A stretch of DNA of 64,000 bases from positions 1 to 64,000 of IMG/VR virus record IMGVR_UViG_2627853700_000003; one strand, written 5' to 3'. The translations under genes were made by a program, and so were the position numbers. The notes beneath the pieces are model-generated. The model saw only the letters and a list, made by a program, of their open reading frames with translations. It did no database searches and was not told where the DNA came from. Origin of the DNA: a virus (lineage: Duplodnaviria > Caudoviricetes). Shown here in pieces: positions 58,477 through 64,000 of this stretch (positions within the stretch are counted from its first letter, which is position 1; each line of letters begins with the position of its first letter).

Positions 58477-59395
58477 AGTAAAACTCTGTGTCTATTTCAT
58501 AAATTTTAATAGTAGGAACAACTGCTTCACCATCAAAAGTTTCGATAGCCTCCATTCCAATCGCAGTTGCTTTAACACCAACAAGAACTGATCTTTTTTC
58601 AGAAGTGCCTGCTTCAATTTGTTTTTTTAATTCCCAGGTTATACTCCCAACATCACTTTTCAAAGTTTTTTTCCCGATATAACATTTTATAATGTCTTTG
58701 TTTGCATCTCTTAAAAGAAAATAAGGGTTAGCCAATTTAAGATGTCTCCACTCTGACATCCATAGATAACCTAACAAATAAAAAGCATGACCGAGTTTTT
58801 TATTTTCAATATCATTAATTAATTTCCCTCGATCCTGTATCAAGTAAAGAACACACTGATCTTGCAATTCTCCATATATCTTTCTTTGAATCTTCTTATC
58901 ATATGCAGCAAGTTCTTTTTTCAAAGTAAAGAAAGATCTCACACTAATAAGCTTTTGAATATATGGTTTAGTAATTTCCTTTATTGATTTATTTACAGTT
59001 ACATTGGCGCGCTTGGAAATTACTGTATTAGAAGACCCACTATTATTAAAATAAATTTGCTCTTCTTCTAGTGGAACAACCCACTTTACCTCATTGTATT
59101 TTGTCCTTTTTTCATTTACTTCAAATACATCCACATATTCATCAGGAATTAGATAACTACAACCATTTATATGGTTGTTTGGCTTACCGTTTGGTAGTCT
59201 CCGCAAAAAGAAATATGGTTTAGGGTTCTTACCACACCCCTTATTATGACTTAATTTAGCGTTGCAATTTGTATTTGGGCAATAAAAAACTTGGCTTCTA
59301 TCCTTCATTATTTTTGTAACATCTCTTGCATAAATCGATTTTAAAGTTCCATTTACCTCTATATGTGCTTTTTGAATTGATCTTCCTCTCCCCAT
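58475..59395 (-). CDS. Protein with N-terminal CoiA-like Zn-binding region
   Basis: FYCPNTNC...PYF...H..GC. Confidence 0.6.
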   Translation of the reverse strand: MGRGRSIQKAHIEVNGTLKSIYARDVTKIMKDRSQVFYCPNTNCNAKLSHNKGCGKNPKPYFFLRRLPNGKPNNHINGCSYLIPDEYVDVFEVNEKRTKYNEVKWVVPLEEEQIYFNNSGSSNTVISKRANVTVNKSIKEITKPYIQKLISVRSFFTLKKELAAYDKKIQRKIYGELQDQCVLYLIQDRGKLINDIENKKLGHAFYLLGYLWMSEWRHLKLANPYFLLRDANKDIIKCYIGKKTLKSDVGSITWELKKQIEAGTSEKRSVLVGVKATAIGMEAIETFDGEAVVPTIKIYEIDTEFY

Positions 59396-59551
59396 TGTAG
59401 TTACTTACCTCCATTAAATTTTCTTTTAATTACGAATGAGGATGGGAAAAGTTTCAAACTTCTTTATAAAACACTTCTTTTATCTTGATTCTTTATGCTC
59501 TCGGATTAAAACTCGTAATCGTGTTAAGGTTAATTCATGACTGCATAAGGA

Positions 59552-59791
59552 GTGATACCTTTGCTAAAAGTTGCAAAAATTTCGGTTTCTTGCATTGCAT
59601 TAGTCTTGTGCGTATACTCATTGTTCAATCAAAATGAATTATTGTTGATTGTTATGCAATTATTTGTCGCAGCCCTCTTAACAGTAGTCGGGGTTGAAGG
59701 GATATTAAGCAAACAAAAACTGTCTGGATATTTACTGTTTGGATCAGCAGCCTTCTTACTTGTGGTAAACGGATTGAAAATCATGATTTAA
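59552..59791 (+). CDS. Small multi-TM membrane protein
   Basis: Three hydrophobic segments. Confidence 0.6.
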   Translation: MIPLLKVAKISVSCIALVLCVYSLFNQNELLLIVMQLFVAALLTVVGVEGILSKQKLSGYLLFGSAAFLLVVNGLKIMI

Positions 59792-59795
59792 TGTG

Positions 59796-60187
59796 TTAAT
59801 TCCGTAGGAATATAGAGTCCCAAAACCAATAAATGAGAGCTGCAACAATACTCATAATGTAATAATTTAAGCTTTTTAGCACAGCAAGAGCACTTGTTAG
59901 ATTAGTCACCGCAAAAAACGATAACGCAGCTACAAAAGCTATTGCTGTGTAAATCATAAGAGTAATAAAATTAAACTTTTTGCCCTTCTTCTCAACCACA
60001 TTTGCAAAGGGACAGCAAATACCAGGTAAGTTATTAAAGCGTAAAATTCAATGATCCCAATAGTTACTAATGCGATTGCCATAAAACCGGAGTAAACAAA
60101 CATATACAAGCCAAAGATTAGACCATATGACAAGCTTGAACATACCAATGTATAAGCGTAACTGTCTAACGGTCTATATAACCCCAA
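59796..60187 (-). pseudogene. yopD: UPF0715/YopD-like membrane protein split by a frameshift
   Basis: ORFs 59954..60187 and 59796..59999 join if one A is added to the A5 run at 59977-59981. Confidence 0.65.
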
Positions 60188-60230
60188 AATGGTACCTCCG
60201 CTATTCTTCCGTTTCTATTAAAGAATTGCT

Positions 60231-60683
60231 TTATGTTGAAGGATCAATTACTTCTGGTTTATTAACGTTAATTCTATAGTCTACTTCTTCCGTTCCATCA
60301 AGTTCAATTGTAAGAAGAAGGTCATAACCATCTTTAATATGTACAACTGAGTGTGAAAAGTCATCTGGAAACCCGACATGATATAAAAAATTCGCAAACT
60401 CAGTTGATCTCATTTTAGAAGGGCCAAATGTAAAGTAGTTTTCAATTAAAACAGTGTCCCCATTTAGAAAATCAACATAAGTTAAATCATCTCCAGAGTT
60501 TTCCCCATAATGAAAGTGAGTAATTTTTGTTACTTTTTTAAATCGCTTAGTTTCAGCCATCATTTTAATATCATTTATTACAACTGATGGATCATCCCTT
60601 CCCCTTACCGGTCGAAAAATAATTCTTGGCTCTTTGTTATACTTATATTCCTTAGTGAGTTTTTGCAAACTATAAATATTCAT
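60231..60683 (-). CDS. Hypothetical protein
   Basis: ORF track, SD. Confidence 0.6.
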   Translation of the reverse strand: MNIYSLQKLTKEYKYNKEPRIIFRPVRGRDDPSVVINDIKMMAETKRFKKVTKITHFHYGENSGDDLTYVDFLNGDTVLIENYFTFGPSKMRSTEFANFLYHVGFPDDFSHSVVHIKDGYDLLLTIELDGTEEVDYRINVNKPEVIDPST

Positions 60684-60714
60684 TATATTCTCCCTTATCT
60701 CTTTAAAATCGTAG

Positions 60715-61362
60715 TTATATTGTCTGTTTGTCTGTTTTAATCACAATTTGACACTCAATTTTATAATCTGTTTCACCGGTCTCAATCTTTGTATCATCAC
60801 GGTTAACTTTATATTTTCCTCCATACAAACTTGCTGAGATTGGGTGCCTTATGTCACTCTTTAACTGATCGTAAATGTATTTCTTGCCTTCTTGAAAATC
60901 CTTTCGAGGAACATGTCCTACTTTGCAATCATTTACATAGACAGCTATAGCTTCCGGATCGTGCTTGTTGTTCTCTTCTAACCGCAATTCACAATTTGAG
61001 AAAAGGGCATTATGATAAATAAATATCGGCTCATCAAAAGTTGATTCTAGAATCTCTTTATTTGTCATACCATCATATTTTTCATCGAAGAAAAAACTAT
61101 CTTCATCCTCATTCTTGATAGCTTTCTTAATATCTTTTTGATAGTGTGATGTTCCTGCAACCTTAAAGTCTATATACTCGAAAAATGCAGACTTTTCTTC
61201 ATACTTCCTTGAGAAGGCTGTTTCTTGAATCAAGATTGGGAAATTTTCTTTTTTTGATTCCACCCCTGTTTCGTTATTAACCTCAACAGTGTTAATACTA
61301 TTATTTCTATTCTCATGCTGTTCATTTTTATCTTTGTTCTTGAAAAAGTTGAGTATGCCCAA
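60715..61362 (-). CDS. HIRAN-domain protein
   Basis: FKVAGTSHY...LEENNKHDPEAIAVY...VGHVPR. Confidence 0.8.
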   Translation of the reverse strand: MGILNFFKNKDKNEQHENRNNSINTVEVNNETGVESKKENFPILIQETAFSRKYEEKSAFFEYIDFKVAGTSHYQKDIKKAIKNEDEDSFFFDEKYDGMTNKEILESTFDEPIFIYHNALFSNCELRLEENNKHDPEAIAVYVNDCKVGHVPRKDFQEGKKYIYDQLKSDIRHPISASLYGGKYKVNRDDTKIETGETDYKIECQIVIKTDKQTI

Positions 61363-61395
61363 ATGTACCCCTCCAATTAAAATAAAAGAATGATT

Positions 61396-61818
61396 TTATT
61401 CAGTAACACCATTTTCATATTCAAGGTTGTATGTTGATATTTCGTGTACTCCTATATCCCCTGCAAAGTTTCCATCCTCATGTTCCTGTTGTAAATAAAC
61501 CTCTTTATCTTTTTCGAAGATTTCTCTTGCTTCATCTAATTCAGTTACAGCTTGCGATCCCATTCGATCTGTTACAGTAAAAACTAAGCACCGTTTTAAC
61601 TCGGTACCATCTTTAAGGACTACGTCTGCCATGACGTACCCATTTGGCTTTAGTTCGCCAATTTCATTACGTCTTTTATCGATTGCCTCTTGAAGAACCA
61701 CAGAAACAGTATTGTTATCAGACTCACTTAAAGCCATTTCTAATTCTTCAATTTCCTCAAGTAACACTTGAATTTCCTCTCTCATTTTCATCTCTCCCTT
61801 TGTTGTTAAATGAATCAT
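61396..61818 (-). CDS. Hypothetical acidic protein
   Basis: ORF track. Confidence 0.6.
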   Translation of the reverse strand: MIHLTTKGEMKMREEIQVLLEEIEELEMALSESDNNTVSVVLQEAIDKRRNEIGELKPNGYVMADVVLKDGTELKRCLVFTVTDRMGSQAVTELDEAREIFEKDKEVYLQQEHEDGNFAGDIGVHEISTYNLEYENGVTE

Positions 61819-61827
61819 TATCTCTAT

Positions 61828-62064
61828 TTAAGCACCCTGAGTATAGCCTGATTTGTCAATAGTTACGAGATGTTCAATGTCATCATAGTGCTCTGCGTTC
61901 ATGACCTCATATATATCAATCCCAAGATTCTTTTCCAAATTTCTTTTGGCATGTAAAACAATCATATTATCTGCATTAATACCATTAGGCATTTGTGGTA
62001 CACCCGCATCTGTTTTGATTTCTACACCGTTTACATTGAAAGTTACTTTTACTGTATTTTGCAT
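61828..62064 (-). CDS. Hypothetical protein
   Basis: ORF track, SD. Confidence 0.6.
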   Translation of the reverse strand: MQNTVKVTFNVNGVEIKTDAGVPQMPNGINADNMIVLHAKRNLEKNLGIDIYEVMNAEHYDDIEHLVTIDKSGYTQGA

Positions 62065-62102
62065 TGTAACCTCTCCTATTCCCTATGAAAGTACGATTTT
62101 AT

Positions 62103-62480
62103 TTAAACATTGCATTTAATATATTCGTCAAAATCCGGAAAGATAAGCCAGTCATTTGTCATCAGCTCATCCACTTTTTGCAAAAATTCTTTTGATCTGC
62201 CTTTCAATTTAAAATTGCCGTCTCCTCCATAAAATTCGCTCAAGCCTTCATAACCGCCTGATTTGTAGTCTGATATAAAACATCTCCCATCAAAATTCCT
62301 ATTGTTTCCTGCCTTTTCTGAATCTATAATTGCACGAGTTTCTTCCTCTATTGCTTCAAAATTGTAACTCTTTGCAATCCGATTTACCTCTGTCAATCTG
62401 GAGATGATTTCATCTGACCAGTTACCCCTCACATCTCTTAAAAGTGCTTCCATTAAGATGATTTCTTCTTGCTTTATCAT
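62103..62480 (-). CDS. Hypothetical protein (likely start MIKQEE)
   Basis: SD GAGGAGG before ATG at 62480. Confidence 0.6.
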   Translation of the reverse strand: MIKQEEIILMEALLRDVRGNWSDEIISRLTEVNRIAKSYNFEAIEEETRAIIDSEKAGNNRNFDGRCFISDYKSGGYEGLSEFYGGDGNFKLKGRSKEFLQKVDELMTNDWLIFPDFDEYIKCNV

Positions 62481-62511
62481 GGTCTTTCCTCCTCTAATTA
62501 AGTTTGTATTC

Positions 62512-62703
62512 CTACTCCATAACCTTCCCTTCAAGTACAACCTCACTTGCAGTCCAAGTGATCTCATTAACTCCATTCTCATCCATCAAGGTTTTCGCTT
62601 TACTATCCGCGCTCACTTTTAGGTCTTCCAAACTTTCGGCTTTAATTATATCGGCTAATAGCATATAGTCCTGATCGTAAAATTTTACTGAATAATCCTT
62701 CAT
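62512..62703 (-). CDS. Hypothetical protein (likely start MKDYSVK)
   Basis: SD AAGGAG before ATG at 62703. Confidence 0.55.
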   Translation of the reverse strand: MKDYSVKFYDQDYMLLADIIKAESLEDLKVSADSKAKTLMDENGVNEITWTASEVVLEGKVME

Positions 62704-62783
62704 ATATTCTCTCTCCTTTTGTTGTAATGTGCGCTTTAACTTAACCTTGAAAATTTTCATTTCCTTACTTTTTTTGTAACTTT

Positions 62784-62812
62784 AGTATACCACGATCACT
62801 TAAAGTGATCAA
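62784..62812 (-). promoter_or_regulatory. Promoter TTGATC-17-TATACT containing the perfect palindrome GATCACTT-A-AAGTGATC
   Basis: Direct reading; related copy at 63051-63067. Confidence 0.7.
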
Positions 62813-62819
62813 TATCTTT

Positions 62820-63023
62820 TTAATCTTTTTTGTAAATCAACAGCTCATGCAACTCAATGTCTAAATATGTACAGACTTTATCCAACAGATCCCTTGGATA
62901 CCGCTCCATTTCGTCATGATACAGCTTTCTAACTGTGTTGAAACCATGGTCAATATCATTGGACAGCTTTCGAATACTGATATTTCTTTCGTCTAATATC
63001 GGCTTTAAATTTGATTTAATCAA
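62820..63023 (-). CDS. Cro/C1-type HTH regulator (likely TTG start)
   Basis: [20 protein letters not shown]...[16 protein letters not shown]. Confidence 0.8.
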   Translation of the reverse strand: MIKSNLKPILDERNISIRKLSNDIDHGFNTVRKLYHDEMERYPRDLLDKVCTYLDIELHELLIYKKD

Positions 63024-63116
63024 TTTTACTACCTCACATTCATTATGTATGATCACTTTAAATTATCATTATATCCATAAAAAAGGTCAAGGATATACCT
63101 TGACTATGTATTAAGC

Positions 63117-63554
63117 TTACCAATCAAATGAATCTTCATGTTCAAATCCATAAATACCTTTAATCCACACGTCTCCGCAGCCTGGATTCTTTGTAATCTC
63201 TAACACATGATTACGATTTGCATCTCCCTCTACTCGATCTGCAGCAGTATAGTCGGCATAGTTCCCTACAAACTGCTTTTCACTACGTGGGAATACCCAG
63301 CCAGAAAGAGTTATCCTACTGATTTTCATATTTAGAGTACACCCTTCAGCATTGTTAATTGTGAATTTGTAGAAGAGCCAAGTGCGATCAAAATTCCGAT
63401 CAAAATAATCTGCCATTGAAAAACTCTCTGAATCCTCACTCATGTGAAAATCCACATTTTTGTAGTCTAATGTAAGCTTCGCCTCAGCACTTGGTGTCGT
63501 GAAACACGAGATGAAACCAATGCAAATTACAGCCAAAAAGATTAGCTTTTTCAT
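63117..63554 (-). CDS. Secreted protein of unknown function
   Basis: Signal peptide MKKLIFLAVICIGF...AEA. Confidence 0.7.
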   Translation of the reverse strand: MKKLIFLAVICIGFISCFTTPSAEAKLTLDYKNVDFHMSEDSESFSMADYFDRNFDRTWLFYKFTINNAEGCTLNMKISRITLSGWVFPRSEKQFVGNYADYTAADRVEGDANRNHVLEITKNPGCGDVWIKGIYGFEHEDSFDW

Positions 63555-63859
63555 TTACTCTCCCCCTTTTCCAAATTATACTATATTTGAAATAAAGGCG
63601 AAAGAACAGGCAGAAGCTTCGTGATTCATCTGTATTCTTCATGATATAGCTAGATATACATGTATCTATGAATATCTACATGTATTTATAAGTATCTATA
63701 CCTCCCTACACCATACAAATATACCTTATTGAGAACAAAAAATAAATATTTTTGTTCATTTTAAAGAACAATTCTTCCGTTTTTATGATATAATCATCAC
63801 TGCTTATAGGTAGCCTTACTGCTTATTCGCCATATGGTATAGGAAAGAGGTTCTTAAAA

Positions 63860-64000
63860 ATGAACGTAAAGCATTTTAATTGTTTCTTTGTTATCAGGCT
63901 GTTTGCTGCTCTGTGTGTGCTGGTTGGCCATGCTACAAGAGACTTAAACATTTCTGTCTTTGGTTATACCCCAGAGAGTAAAGCATTGTTTCACACCGGC
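63860..64000 (+). CDS. Acyltransferase-3 (OafA-like) family protein, 5' part, truncated by the window end
   Basis: MNVKHFNCFFVIRLFAALCVLVGHA resembles the acyltransferase-3 N-terminal R..A...V...H motif. Confidence 0.6.
   Translation, partial: MNVKHFNCFFVIRLFAALCVLVGHATRDLNISVFGYTPESKALFHTG

Larger units (their letters stand above)
5453..62101. repeat. Dispersed palindrome TAAAA-N6-TTTTA at gene junctions
   Basis: Perfect copies start at 5453, 14218, 16158, 17217, 18217, 19777, 34243, 37211, 38409, 41499, 42717, 43002, 45372, 46066, 46910, 48168, 55954, 59467, 61383; one-mismatch copies at 13238, 14545, 20059, 36903, 44947, 60704, 62086. Confidence 0.9.
1..64000. mobile_element. SPbeta/phi3T-like temperate phage (prophage), early regulatory, DNA-metabolism and replication region
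   Basis: Synteny of yot-yos-yor-yoq-yop-type genes, intron-split nrdEF, multispecific C5 MTase, arbitrium aimR/aimP, yopM-R operon; dense co-oriented small ORFs with Bacillus-type SD sites. Confidence 0.97.

Noticed and set aside
5453-62101. TAAAA-N6-TTTTA read as intrinsic terminators or CRISPR repeats
   Set aside because: A 5-bp all-AU stem is too weak for a terminator; copies are separated by whole genes, not constant-length spacers, and there are no cas genes
3908-62622. Numerous short ORF-track entries antisense to or nested in real genes (e.g. 3908..4165, 7504..7863, 20022..20381, 28337..28690, 33562..33987, 52088..52423)
   Set aside because: Shadow ORFs without SD or family motifs, overlapping well-supported genes
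62794-62810. ATCACT/AGTGAT half-sites as an AimR box
   Set aside because: Half-sites are 3 bp apart, not about 25 bp; better explained by the adjacent HTH protein
63641-63700. TACATGTAT/TATCTA short palindromic repeats
   Set aside because: Low-complexity AT-rich intergenic sequence; no consistent period or assignable function
1-64000. tRNA, rRNA or IS elements
   Set aside because: No cloverleaf, rRNA or transposase signature recognised by eye; a tRNAscan/ISfinder run would be needed to exclude them formally

Overview
The whole window is the early/replication arm of an SPbeta/phi3T-like (Spbetavirus) temperate phage or prophage of the Bacillus subtilis group, almost entirely on the minus strand. 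From left to right it holds: a yotN/sprB-position ORF and a RecU-like resolvase; DHFR, thymidylate synthase, dUTPase and Pth2; a class Ib ribonucleotide reductase (nrdI-nrdE-nrdF) split by three group I introns, with an intronic and a free-standing homing endonuclease; the MazE mimic YosL; a multi-TRD C5 methyltransferase; a replisome with a family A polymerase, RecJ-like exonuclease, primase and helicase; a PGA hydrolase; SRAP plus ATP-dependent ligase; an N4/N6 methyltransferase; the yopM-R (sroA-F) repressor operon; an arbitrium locus (aimR, aimP with predicted peptide GVVRGA); and accessory genes. The most striking unexplained structure is a dispersed palindrome, TAAAA-N6-TTTTA. I found by eye at least 19 perfect copies and 7 one-mismatch copies, with a fixed 6-bp but variable-sequence spacer. 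They sit at junctions of the accessory genes, often forming the upstream gene's TAA stop, and I saw none in the core replication, nrd or sro operons. This looks like an integron/Tn916-style gene-cassette array (hypothesis). Several genes are damaged or have odd starts (yosR nonsense, yopS and yopD frameshifts, near-cognate start codons). Gene symbols come from recalled similarity and synteny with SPbeta, not from a database search.
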